Shown here: positions 27,853 to 40,541 of the stretch, one piece after another
Position numbering within the stretch: the stretch's first letter is position 1
Layout: every line of letters starts with the position of its first letter
Origin: Octopus sinensis
Taxonomy: Eukaryota
Assembly: GCF_006345805.1 (NCBI RefSeq)
Contig: NC_043010.1
Span: 35,464,001-35,528,000, forward strand
DNA length: 64,000 bases
Reading direction: 5' to 3'
Position numbers and translations under genes: made by a program
Notes under the pieces: generated by a model
The model's database searches: none
What the model was told of the DNA's origin: nothing
The model's input: only the letters and a program-made list of their open reading frames with translations

Positions 27853-30800
27853 CATGATGGGCTTCTTTCAGTTTCTGTCTACCAAATCCACTCATAAGGC
27901 TTTGGTCAGCCTGCGGCTATAGTAGATGCCCGCGATGCCACACAGTAGGACTGAACCCAGAACGATGTGGTTGGTAAGCAAGGTACTTACTACACAGCCA
28001 CACCTAAAAATAATTACTGCAAAGAAGTAATCTTGATCTCCAACTTTATGTGGAGGCTGTATTAGAACACAGAAACTGTATTTATTTACCTTGAAAGGAC
28101 TTGTAGTGCATTAAAAACACTGGACAGTAAAGAATCATCTGCCACTGCTGGTATGGATTCTTCAGTGACAGATGTTCAGCAGCAATGTAACAGCTGAATC
28201 TCCCATCAATGACACAATAGGATCATTGTGTTTTTGCTGGCACTAGTGTTAAAAATAAGACATAAGCAGTATTAATACTAAAAAATAATCTTGATCTCCA
28301 ACTTAGCATGGAAGTTGTGTTGGAACACATTCTCTTCCTGAGCAAAACACTTGCTCTGTGATCATTTTGACATCTACTGTGTGGCACTATATGCACCAGT
28401 ACAGGTTATGTTGATTTGGTAGGGAGAGTGAGCACAAGAATTTGATCACAATAAACAAATCTTCTGCGAAATTTTGGGGGAGGGGGACAGTCAAATAGAT
28501 TGACCCCAGTAAGCAACTGGTACTTAATTTATTGACCCTGAAAGGATGAAAGGCAAAGTCAACCTTGGCGGAATTTGAACTCAGAACCTAAAGACAGACG
28601 AAATACCACTAAGCATTTTGCCTCACCATCTGTTATTTACGATAGAAAAGTCCATAATATTTGAATATTTACATATGTATAGGAGTGGCTGTGTGGTAAG
28701 TAGCTTGCTTACTAGCCACATTGTTCCAGATTCAGTCCCACTGCATTGCACCTTGGGCAAGTGTCTTCTACTATAGCCTTGTAAATAGATTTGGTAGACA
28801 AAAACCGAAAGAAGCTCGTCATATATATGTGTGTGTATGCTTGCATCTGTGTTTGTCTCCCCCACCATTGCTTGACAACCGATGTTGGTGTGTTTACATC
28901 CCCGTAACTTAAGCAGTTCGGCAAAAGAGACTGATAGAATAACTACTAGGCTTACAAAGAATAAGTCTCGGAGTCGATTTGTTCGACCAAAAAAGGTGCT
29001 CCAGCATGGCCACAGTATGACTGAAACAAATAAAAGAATATATATATGTATATAATTCAGCAATGTAACTGCTGTTGGTGATTTCTTTCCATTCTTTGGA
29101 CTTTTCCCTTTCTCCTGTCTGACAAAGAGCTATGCTCAAATCATTAAACTCTCTCTTTTTACCACGTGTCAAGCTAATACATTCCTTGTGCACGTCCTCT
29201 TGTCTGTTAATTTTATTATTCATTTATTTGAATTGACTATATATATATATATTGTCTATTCTTATGTATTTGAGTTGCCAGTTTTTGTTTTTATAACTTG
29301 CATTTCTGATGTGGAATTCTCTGTTAGTTTATATCAATTGTATTTATGTATTGGATGCCTAATTTTATGTATGTTATGAAGCTTTTTTCTGCCTAGCTCC
29401 ATAAAGGTACTTTTAGACCATTAATGTAGTATTATTTTTAAACTTTTGTCATTCTTATGAAGTTTATTGCATGTAGAGTGTTCTTTCTGTAAAGTATTCT
29501 GTTCGGAGTTGTGACAATGTGAAGGGAGATAATAATAGCAAATCACTTACTTTCCTTGATATTGTTTCTGTAAATGCATATTGCTTTTTTTTTTTTTGTC
29601 ATTTTTGTAAATGTGGTTTGTATTTTCATACCTTTGCAAAACACATTTTTAGAGATTTTAACAGTTTGTTTTCTGTAGAGTTATAGTTTCTCTTTCTTTC
29701 TGACCCCACTTGGACATGTTATGAAAAGTACTTTTGTGTGATGAATACAAAGTGCAGGCATGGTTCTGTGGTAAGAAGTTTTGCCCACATGGTTGGAAAC
29801 CATGTGGGCAAATGATTCCCCTGCTACAATTTCAGGCTGGCCAAAAGCCTTGAGTGGATTTGGTAAACAGAAATCGAAAGAAGCTCATCATGTATGTGTA
29901 TATACATATATATATCTAAACATACCTGTGTCAGTGTTTGTCCCCCTCCCACCACTTAACAACTGGTGTTAGTGTGTTTACATTCCTCTGAGTGGTTTGG
30001 CAAGAGACCGATAGAACAAGTACCAGGCTTGAGAAGGTAAGTACTAGGACTGATTTGTTTTGGCTAAATTTCTTTAAGGCGGTGCCCCAGCATGGACACA
30101 GTCTAATAACTGAAACAAGTAAAAGATAAAAAATATATATTGTTCACTCAATATTCAAGATATGAAGGGCTAAGTTTTGAGTTCAAATTCCACCAAGGTC
30201 GACTTTGCCTTTCATCCTTTCGGGGATCGATTAAATATGAACCAGTTATGCACTGGGATCAATGTAATTGTCTCAATCCCTTTGCCTTTCCCCTCTATGT
30301 TTAGCCTCTGTGGGCAATAAAGAAATATTCAGGATATGATCATCATGTCCCTTTTTCTGGCATATTGTATTCAGGGTTACTTTAGTATATATTCTTTTGT
30401 TTCAGTTGTTTGACTGGCCATGGTGGACCACCACTTTTAGTCAAACAGATTGACCCCAGGACTTATTTTTTAGCCTAGTACTTATACTGTCGGTCTCGTT
30501 TGCCAAACTGCTAAGTTACAGGGATGTAAACACACCAACATTGATTGTCAAGTGATGTTGGGGGCACATAATCCTTTACTTGTTTCAGTCATTTTGACTG
30601 CAGCCATGCTGGAGTACTGCCCTTAGTTGAGCAAATCAACCCTAGGACTTATTCTTTGTTAGCCTAGTACTTATTCTATCAGTCTCTTTTGTCGAACCAC
30701 TAAGTTACGGGAACGTAAACACACCAGCATCGGTTGTCAAGCTATGTTGGGGACACACATACACATGCATATCTATATATGACAGGTTTCTTCCAGTTTC

Positions 30801-32045
30801 TGTCTAACAAATCCACTCACAAGGCTTTGGTCAGCCCGAGACTATAGTAGAAGACACTTGCCCAAGGTGCCATGCAGTGGGACTGAACCCAGAACCACAT
30901 GGTTGGTAAGCAAGCTACTTAAGTTAATATTCTTTGGCTCAAAAAGCAAGGCCATGTAGGGGGACATGGAGGGTGTTCATGCAAAGAGTTCAGGCCATTT
31001 CTGGTCAAGAGAGACTTTGAACCGAGTGGTTGTCGGCATCTTCTCTATCTCATCTGGCAGCTTATTCCACGGATCCGCAACCCGGACGGAGAAAGCCCCT
31101 CTCCTTCGATTGAGCTTTTCGGAGTGACCCCGCAACTGACGCTCTGGAGTAGGAGTGAAGAACAACCACTCCTGTACGACAAGCTTCTTTCAGTTTCTGT
31201 CTACCAAATCTACTCACAAGACACTGGCCAGCCCAAATCTATAGTAATAGAGACTTCCTCAAAGTGCCATACAGTAGGAATGAACATGGAACTATATGGC
31301 TGGTAAGCAAGCTACTTACCACACAGCCACTCCTGCACATATATAAACCACGTGAATTGTTGGAGATTTCCTTCCTTTCTATTGGACTTTCCTCTGTTTT
31401 TGAAGAAAAGCATTGCTCAAAACTTTAAACCAGCTTTCTTTCTTTCCCTGAGCGTCTCCTAATACTTTACATGTACCAGGTTCTCGTGTTGTTTTTTTGT
31501 TTTTGGATTTACTATATTTAAAACTTTTTGGCATTTAACAAAATCAAAAGTTTTTTTTTATTGATTCAACAATTCATTTGTTGACAACAGTATTACTGAC
31601 ACTTTTGTTACTCTAACAAGTATATCATTGCAACTGCCTTCTGCATTATATTATCCATATGACAAACTGAAGATCATAAAATTATTTCCATATGTACTTT
31701 AACTCTCTTTACTCTTTCATTTGACTGGCCATGCTGGAGCACCGCCTTTAGTCAAGCACACCAACCCCAGTACTTGTCCTATCAGTCTCTTTTGCCAAAC
31801 TGCTAAGTTACAGGGATGTAAACACACCAGCATCGGTTGTCAAGTGATGTTGGGGGAACAAACAGACACACAAGCATACATACGATGGGCTTCTTTCAGT
31901 TTCCATCTACCAAATCCATTCACAAGGCTTTGGTTGGCCTGAAGCTATAGTAAAAGACACTTGCCCAAGGTGCCACGCAATGAGACTGAACCCAGAACCA
32001 TGTAGTTCGTAAGCAAGCTACTCACCACACAGCCACTCCTACGCC
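27627..32045. mobile_element. Cluster of at least six copies of one tRNA-derived SINE family in mixed orientation (about 27627-28005 -, 28681-29040 +, 29755-30130 +, 30395-30920 -, 31170-31340 -, 31705-32045 -)
   Basis: Shared head ggagtggctgtgtggtaagtagcttgctt...gggttcagtcccactg...gcaccttgggcaagtgtcttctactatagc and shared tail gtttcagtcat; further copies at about 45711-45850 and 63420-63600. Confidence 0.9.
30925..31170 (-). mobile_element. CR1-type LINE 3' end
   Basis: LRGHSEKLNRRRGAFSVRVADPWNKLPDEIEKMPTTTRFKVSLD matches the CR1/L2 ORF2 terminal motif. Confidence 0.75.
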
Positions 32046-33199
32046 TGATATCCCAGTTATCCATACCTTCTGTACTGCAAGTGCACATTATCAAATTCAA
32101 AGCTGCCTCATTCCAATTTCCTTTCTCTTCATAATCTTTTTTACGGTTTGCTTAAAATAATATATTGCGTGCTATGTTTGCTAAATTATTATTTCATTTA
32201 CTTGTGGTCCAAACTATGCTTGCTCTGCACACTAACCCAGCTTGTACCTTCAAGTGTAACCCCACCAAGCTATTTAGCTACCTTTTTTGAAGTGGGCTGT
32301 ATAATACGTAGCTCATCAGGCAGAACTGCATTACTAATAAAAAATACAAGGTGATATTTTGTTAGGTGTGCTATGGCTGGCTGATAAAATCAAACTAATG
32401 ACCACTGAAAATAAAATATTGTCACAGGAGTCAGTAGAGAAAAATATTGTGTTGTTAGCACAGTGATGTACAGCCTGGTAGCCAAGAGGGAAATAACATG
32501 ACAATGAAGACCCTAGCGCTACGTGGACATCCAACCTGCTAGAAATAGCAGCTAAATCCAAACTACACCCTACCAATTTAATGTGTCCTTGAAAAAAAAA
32601 AAAAATCAATGCTCATTTTCCATGCTAACATGGGTTGGATGGCTTGACAGGAACTGACATGGCCAGGGTTCAAAGCAGGTACCATGGTATTTTGGCTGGA
32701 TGTCCTTCCTAACAACCACTTTACAGTGTGCTGGGTGCCTTTTACATGGCACCAGCACCAACACTAATGCTTAGACGGCACATTGACCTTCTTGAGTACA
32801 GCAATGTCTGAAAGGATATTCCTGGCCAATGTGCCTTTGATTATAGACCTACCTGATTAATCCTTTTGATACCAACTCATCTGAGACACACCTCAATATC
32901 ATATACTTCCTGTTTTAAAGTGACGTAAATTAAAGCCTCCCATCAAAATTTCATGTTAATTTATGATCCAATCACTGGATCCATCATCCATTGTCATTTA
33001 CCATCTGTCTTCTATGCTGGCATGGGTTGGACAGGAACCCATAAGCCAGGGAATTACTGTAGCAATCTCTACTATCAGTTTTGGCATGGTGTATATGGCT
33101 GGATGCCAACTATATCAGAGTGGATAAATGTCAAAGATATTTTATTTAATTGAAACAAGGACAGTAAGTTTCAACAGAAATATGGTAATGAAAAGTTTA

Positions 33200-34320
33200 A
33201 GCTAACTTAGGGATAAACAATAGGAAACCAAGTATCTCAGCAACAATTTCGATCAATTGATCACAAATCCCTTCAGGTAGATGGCTCTGCTTGATTTGTA
33301 GAAACTCCATAAGATGCACCTGATATAAGCTTTGGACACATAAATGGCGCAGCAATATCAGAGAAAGGTTAATAGGGAAACTGGCTTTTCTATGTGGAAA
33401 ATGCAGATACAATAAATGTTGAAAATAGACTCAATCAACTGCCTGGGAGCAAGCTAAAGGTAATAGATAGCTTCCGTTATCTAGGCGACCAAGTTAGTGG
33501 AGGTGGATGATCCGAGAGCATAGCTGTGAGAATAAGATTAGGCTGGGCTAAGTTCAGAGAACTCCCACCTCTGCTGGCAACAAAGGGCCTCTCAGTAAAA
33601 GGCAGATTGTATGATTCCTAGCCATGCTGCATGGCAGTGAAACATGGGTTGTGACAGTCGAGGATATGCGTAGGCTTAAAAGAAATGAAGGGCAGTGTGC
33701 ATGTTCAACATAGTGTAAGCATCTTGAAAGAAAAGTTAGGCATAAGAGGTATCAGGTGTGGTGTGCAAGAGAGACAACTGTGCTAGTATGGTCATGTGAT
33801 GCATGTAGCCAAGCACAGCTATGTAAAGAGATGCCGATCTCTAACAGTGGAAGGAACCTGTGGTAGAGGTAGATCGAGGAAAACATGGGATGACGTGGTG
33901 AATCATGATCTTCAAACTTTGAGCCTCACAAAGGAAATGACCAGTGACTGAGACCTTTGGCAATATCCTGTACTTGAGGAGACCCGTCAAACGAAATGAA
34001 ATCGTAGTCATAACTAATCTTAGTTTCACTTAACTGGTAGAGCGCTGTTTGAGCATTGGGCCTCATGGAGGCAATGACTATTGCTGAAGAAGACACACCA
34101 AGCCGAGCAAAATTGCCATCATGGCAGATACCAGTGTCATGCAAATAGCACCCATGCCAGTGATATGTAAAAGAACCCATTACACTCTCAGAGTAGTTGG
34201 CATCAGGAAGGGCATCCAGCTGTAGAAAACCATGCCAAATCAGACAGGAGTCTGGTGCAGCCTTCCAGCTCTGGTCAAACCATCAAACCTATATCAGCAT
34301 GGATACATTAAATAATGATC
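33200..34320 (+). mobile_element. RTE LINE 3' fragment plus 3' UTR (same family as 2927-5210)
   Basis: Collinear by eye with 44200-45430 (gatagcttccgttatctagg, ggtagaggtagatcgaggaaaacatggg, gacctttggc). Confidence 0.85.
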
Positions 34321-34533
34321 AGTTTCAAATTTTGGCAGAAATCCAGCAATTGTAAGTCAGTTACATCAAACAGACACTTTATCAACCTTAAAACAATGAA
34401 CATGAGTTGGGAGAAATGTTACTAAGCATGTTGTTCAATGTGCTGATTCAGCTAGCTTGTCAAAACAATCAATCATGATAGCTGATCCTTAATAAAGTCG
34501 CTTACCATAACCTACCACTTAGACCCTTTAAAT

Positions 34534-34717
34534 TAGTGGTTCCGAAACTTTTTCAGGCTGCATCCAGGCCACCACCACCCATCACAAATCCCAACCATTT
34601 TCTGCAGCAAATTCAAGACAGTATTTTACAAATAAAACTTAAACTGAAGTAACCCATGCTTTCCTTCAAAGCTCCCCATCCACTGGATCTTTTCACTGCC
34701 CACTTTGGGAACCACTG
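34534..34717. mobile_element. hAT (Charlie-like) MITE
   Basis: TIRs tagtggttccgaaa and tttgggaaccactg; 8-bp flanks ctttaaat and ctgtaaac (6/8 identical). Confidence 0.65.
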
Positions 34718-36504
34718 CTGTAAACGTTAAAAACAAACCCTATGTAATGTGACATACAGAGAGAAGGAAAATTACAGCCAAGAGTTCACCATTAGACATG
34801 TGAAACAGGTATAGGTATGTGGAGCAAAAAAAGAGGTAGAAGAAATCATGTCTCAGTATAGTATTGTCAATGAACTGTTCACAATCAGTTGACTGGCCTT
34901 TCAGATGACACAGCAGCATTGTTTCTGATTTATTTTCAGAATCAACAATGAATTAAAGCTTAGTGATCTTGAAACCTATTCATTGGGATGCACCTTTGAC
35001 AATGGTTAAATACCAGAGATGCTTAAGTTACACACTGTTCTTAAGCAGTGCAATATTTGATCTTTTGATTACTTGATGTTGCTGAAAGAAATGAGTGTAT
35101 GTACCTATTGAAAATTTCTGTTCAAAGTACTGCATCTTAGGAGATACCATTATAACTAAAAATAATAATGGTTTCATTTCTGATACCTTTAACTCACTCA
35201 TAATTCTTTTTTGTTGCCACAAATTTTATTCCTTGGTATTACACATTTGCATTTATCTATTTTTTTACCTAGTAAGCCCAGAGAATATAGTAAAATTTAT
35301 CTAGTATGCATTCTTATCTCCAAAATACCAAATGTTTATCTTTTTAGTAATTCTCATTAGTTTTGAAATGCTTTGGTGAAAAACTGATGCCTTTAGAGTT
35401 GGTACCACAAAAGAAAAAGTACTCAGTACTCTTTGATCTCTAAATCAAATTGAGCAGCAACAATGCAGAGGTTGAAAAGGCTTTTTAATGTTGCCAATGT
35501 TAAAGCACTATCTACAGTACTGCGCTACAAAGACATGCACTCAATACACTGTGAAGTGGTTGGTGGTGAGAAAGAAATCCAGCAATAGAAATCTTAAGAG
35601 ATTGGAGCAGGATGTAGGTCATTACTCTGTTGTACCGTGTCAAACTATCCAACCTAAGCCATCAGAGGTTGATACAGTAAATGTGAAACAAGTATTGGGA
35701 GCGAAGGGGAGGGGATATAAATGGCTATCAACCCAATACATACAATGTATGGCCTTGTGGATAAAATAGAAATCATTATTATTAAGCGGGAAAGTGGTAG
35801 AAGTAATGGGGTTGATGGTATCAACTAATTCCCTGAAAATCTATGGCATATCTACAAAATCTTTAATATTTTGTTTTGAGATCTACTGATAATGAAGCTA
35901 TTATGCTATGGGTATAATGTTGAAACAATTTTTCAAGTCTCCTTTTCCCTGGGTCAGATGAGACTGTGTTGTTTACTAAGCTGGACGTTCTTTCTGGTAC
36001 AGACTTACACTTGTTTCAAAACAAGAGAATAACCCCACCAGTCTATTGAGCAATGAACAGCCTGTACATGATTATATGAAGAACTTGTAAGAAACAACAA
36101 CACTTATACGAACAACTTTTGCATGATCCACACAATGTCAGGAAGTTCAGACATACTTTCAGTGGACTGCAAGCAAACAACACTGTCTATATGAAGCAAA
36201 TGCAGAAAGACAAACTTGTCCACAAGTATGTTAACACACAAGCTTCTGCAGTTTCTTTCTAATAATTTCACAAGGCATTGGTAAACCTGTGACTATAGTA
36301 GGACACCAGCCAAGTGTCCTCACAGTAGGATGGAAATGCATAATCATGTTTTCAGAAGTAAATTTCTTAACCAAACAGCCATGCCAGTGTCTAAATAACC
36401 CAATTCAAAATTCTAAAATATACATGAAAATAAAGAAAACAAACAAATCAGTTGTGTGTCTGATAAAAGAAATACAAGAATAATAATCACCTCGCTTGAG
36501 GTAG

Positions 36505-36510
36505 TTTATT
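36505..36510 (-). terminator. AATAAA polyadenylation signal of RPS3A
   Basis: Lies 3 nt after the stop codon, with T-rich sequence downstream; very short 3' UTRs are typical of ribosomal protein genes. Confidence 0.7.
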
Positions 36511-36512
36511 AT

Positions 36513-36827
36513 TTAAACCGAGTCTAGTACAGGTGGCTCATAACCCTCTGGTCTGGAAACCTTCTCTCCAGTTTCTGTGCCAGATGCACCAGTCGTGCTC
36601 TTGCCTTCACCATGCAGCTCCATCAATTTACCAAGATCAAATTTGGGTTTCTTCAATACTTTCACCTTCCTGATGAAGACATCGTGGAGAGGGTAGATAC
36701 CTTGACAAGCCTTTTCAATATCCTTGCCAATACTATCAGGGATGAGTTTGTTGACCACTTCTTTCATGTCATTAGCAGTGACCTCCCGGGTGATGATCTC
36801 AACCATCTTTTTCCTGATTAGTTTTAC
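36513..36827 (-). CDS. RPS3A: 40S ribosomal protein S3a (eS1), exon 2 (104 codons plus stop)
   Basis: Acceptor ttgcattttatag, then [16 protein letters not shown]...[47 protein letters not shown]...PPVLDSV*; with exon 1 it gives 264 aa. Confidence 0.98.
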   Translation of the reverse strand, partial: VKLIRKKMVEIITREVTANDMKEVVNKLIPDSIGKDIEKACQGIYPLHDVFIRKVKVLKKPKFDLGKLMELHGEGKSTTGASGTETGEKVSRPEGYEPPVLDSV

Positions 36828-37486
36828 CTATAAAATGCAATAAAATGTAAATATATAACATACACGCAACACAAGAAAATATGCACACAATAAAAATGAC
36901 AGGATACAGGATCACAAGCTCCTTGCATCTTGCTGCCAGTATACTAAGTAGCTAAACTCTCAAACAACCTCTGTGAATTGGGATGGATACAGTTCATTTG
37001 AATGCAGGAGACCAATAACAACAAACATTTTGCTTCACATGGTTTACTTTCTAAAACATTCATGTTTATTATTGGCCTGCAATGGATGATATGATTGTTG
37101 TATTGTCACTATTCCCAGTAAATAGGAATACTGGATTGTTTAATTACTTTTGTGGTCCTGAAGCAAATATTTGGTATAGTATGCTATCCACACCAAATAT
37201 TCAGTGGATACAAGGGAATAACCTAACTACAATAGCCCTAGTTTTTTTTTTTATACAAAATTTCCAGAAATCTTTGTTCTACAAGAAGTTACTATAACAA
37301 TGACAAGATATCTATTGTTTGCTATCCAGCCTCAAAACTAATCATTATTTTAATTAAGTCATATCACCTTGGTGTTGATGGGATTTCTTCCTGAAACAAC
37401 CTTGCCAGAACTTCTGTATTTGTAATTAGCAAAGACACAAAAGAATCTCGAGGCTCCAGTCACTAACTGATGCATGGTCAAGAGCA

Positions 37487-38280
37487 TCATCATCATCATC
37501 GTCGTTTAACGTCCGTTCTCCATGCTAGCATGGGTTGGACGGTTCGACTGGGGTTCTGGGAAGCCAGAAGGCTTCACCAGGCTCCAGTCTAATTTGGCAA
37601 TGTTTCTACAGCTGGATGCCCTTCCTAACGCCAACCACTCCGTGAGTGTAGTGGTGCTTTTTACGTGCCACCTCACAGGTGCCAGGCGGGGCTGGCAACG
37701 GCCACGGTAGATTGGTGTATTTTATTGCCCCGGCACGGAAGCCAGTCGAGGCGGTGCTGGCATCGGCCACGAGTCGGATAGTGCTTTTTACGTACCACCA
37801 GACCAGATCCTGGCTGGTTCAATTCGATTTCGATTTCGCTTGCCCCAACATGTCTTCACAACAAAGGGGTTTGGCAAGGGTGCCTGTCGTACGGTCGCAT
37901 TGGAGTATTTACGTGCCACGGCCACGAGTCGGATAGTGCTTTTTACGTACCACCAGACCAGGGATCCTGGCTGGTTCAATTCGATTTCGATTTCGCTTGC
38001 CCCAACATGTCTTCACAAGCAAGGGGGTTGGCATGGGTGCCTGTCGTACGGTCGCATTGGAGTATTTACGTGCCACACGGCCCCAGTCGGATAGTGCTTT
38101 TTACGTACCACCAGGCCAGGGATCCTGGCTGGTTCAATTCGGTTTCGATTTCGCTTGCCCCAACATTTCTTCGCAAGCATGGGGGGTTGGGATGGGTGTC
38201 TTGTCGTCGGATGAGGTTCTATATTGACTTCGCTTGCCTCAACCGGTCTTTGTGTCCAAGGGAGGAAAGGCATTCATAAG
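37487..38280 (-). mobile_element. Young RTE 3'-UTR insertion with a triplicated unit of about 155 bp, in the RPS3A intron
   Basis: (CAT)n tail at 37487-37500, family motifs, CpGs intact; units begin near 37768, 37921 and 38078. Confidence 0.8.
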
Positions 38281-40031
38281 ATGAATATAAATTTGTTGTG
38301 TTGCCATACCACCCAGCCCAGCTGTAAACCAGTAGTGGTGAAATATGCACAAACTTACATAATCACTTCAATCCTTTCTCAGTTCTAGGATTGAAAGCAT
38401 CTCAACGTTGACCAACCAACTTGTCTTTTTACAGACAGTAAATTACACAAACAGCCTCTTTCTTCGCTTTTTGTGCAAGTATGAGTGAAATGAAAGGATG
38501 GTTGACAACAGAGAATCAGTGCAACGCCAGCAATTATGTGCCACAGGGGACTTGTATCTCTTACAAATTGACGATTAAGTTCTTTCTTATTTAAAAAAAA
38601 CACATGTACAATAGAGTAACATAAATTTGGGGTAAAGTAGTCGAATGCGAACGTAAACAACGACTTTCTGTACGAAACAGAAGGGACCACACGAAGCGAC
38701 ATCGAAAGCTAAAACAGAAAATTAAATTGAGGATTTTCGAAATTCAAGCTGTAAGAAACTAATTTTTGGAAATTTTTAGCGAGAATATTTTCGAGGTCAT
38801 CTACAACCTCCTCCCCCATGAAATCAACAATCTGAATGTATTTGGTCAGAAAACAATTAGAATACCTAGCAAAAAGTCATCCATAAATTATATTCTGATA
38901 TTATAAAAAGAAAAAGCCTAACTTTGTAACATTCATTAAATACTCGTCGTAACTATACACTTAGCTTCAACCGACTCATTAACTACAACAAAACGCAGGC
39001 AATTCGGTAAAAATGGGATTAGGATTAGAAGTCTTTATATCCATTCTTAATTTTTATTTGATCGATTGTAGACGATAGAGAAAGGAAAAATAAATTTCAA
39101 CTTTAGAATAATATGGATTAACAAAAATTGGGCCTCACGTCTTCCACATTCCCTTAGTATATTTTTACCCGTATGAAAATGCTGTTACACTATCAGCTGC
39201 TTTACAGTGTCCTGCATACATGCATCTAAAATTTATTTTCGATAATCACAAATATTAAAGAATATAATAAAAATACAAGTACACACACGTGTTTCGTCCA
39301 CAGTCGAAGTTATTTTTGTTCGATGGATGGCTCCGCACTATGTGAGGGTAATCGTAAGAATACTTCAATATGCGTTGAAAGATTACTTTTTATTTTAGCA
39401 ATTTTTATTGCATTAACATGATTGTTACTTAAACATTAACCAAACGAACTAATTCTACCGCATAGAAACGGTAATAAAATCAGAAAAATACATCAACACC
39501 AGAAGCCGGCCGGTTGTCCTGTAATTTAAACACGCTATGTAAAATTCTTTCGGTAATCTATTCATTACAATCTAAATAAGAAAATCCGATTTCCAATAAT
39601 TATTTTCAAAAACACTATTTAGCAATGGAAATTCCATTTCCTAGGTCCTTCTTTCACATATGAACGAATTTTGAAAATCTCCTACCACACTGATAATGTA
39701 AATGTAACAGAAACAGCATGTCAATCTTAATTAGTCAGTGTAAAGTTTTGTCGATAATCCAAAGGTTTAAAAGAAAATCTTTTACAGGCGGAAGTATTGC
39801 ACCGAACAATTAATATTCCCAATGATTTTGTAAAAAACAAAAAAATGCTTTTCATACATAAATCGTCGCCTCGTAGCGCTGACATTTGTTGAAGATTTAC
39901 CCCTCAGATAGATACCTAATGTTAAGCAACAACGATATTAGACTGCATAAATTACAATAATTATAATAAAAACATGGATTTAAGTGCAACAATTATCATC
40001 ATAATCGCAGGGGAAAAAATAACAAACTTAC

Positions 40032-40511
40032 TTGAGCATGTTGAGCATAACATGTCTTCTTGTTTTGGTTGGGCTTCTTTTTGGTGAAACCGATACAGAA
40101 CATTCTCAACAGATATCCATCAGTGGTTCGTACATCGACATGTGCCTGAATCAGAGTCTGCCATTTCTTCACCATGGAACACAATTTATCTCTGGTCAGG
40201 TCCATGCCGTGGAAATTGGTAAGAACGTTTTTGCCTTGAACTTCTTCGGCGATCAGCTTCATCTTGCGGAAGGCAATTTCGTCATTTTGAAGATCTGCTA
40301 GAGATACTTCAAACACGCGGCCTTTCAGACCTTCGGAGGCAATTTTAGTACCTTGTGTTCTAGTTACTAAAGTTTTGCCGACTTGCCTAATGTTAAACAT
40401 ACTAGGGGCTTTGACATCATACCAATCTTTTTTCGTGAAAGGGTCTACTGGTTTCTTTTTTTGGCCCTTTTTTCCACCTTTTGTAAGCCTCTTATTTTTA
40501 CCAACCGCCAT
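40032..40511 (-). CDS. RPS3A: 40S ribosomal protein S3a (eS1), exon 1 (160 codons)
   Basis: [16 protein letters not shown]...[14 protein letters not shown]...TCYAQHAQ, then donor gtaagt at 40031 (phase 0). Confidence 0.98.
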
Positions 40512-40523
40512 GGCGAATGTTCA

Positions 40524-40541
40524 GAAGTGAGAAAGGAAGAG
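40524..40541 (-). promoter_or_regulatory. TCT initiator / 5'TOP pyrimidine tract of RPS3A
   Basis: CTCTTCCTTTCTCACTTC ends 12 nt upstream of the ATG; nearby palindromic E-box CCACGTGG (40552-40559) and ETS-like TTCCGGAA (40632-40639). Confidence 0.8.

Noticed and set aside
35950-35990. Hammerhead ribozyme-like core (cagatgagactgtg...gctggacg)
   Set aside because: CUGAUGA and GAAA cores are both mutated and stem II is weak; at best a dead Penelope-associated relic.
38290-38400. H/ACA snoRNA in the RPS3A intron (9-bp hairpin at 38367-38395, second hairpin, then ACA)
   Set aside because: No ANANNA H box in the hinge and the pocket-to-ACA spacing is wrong.
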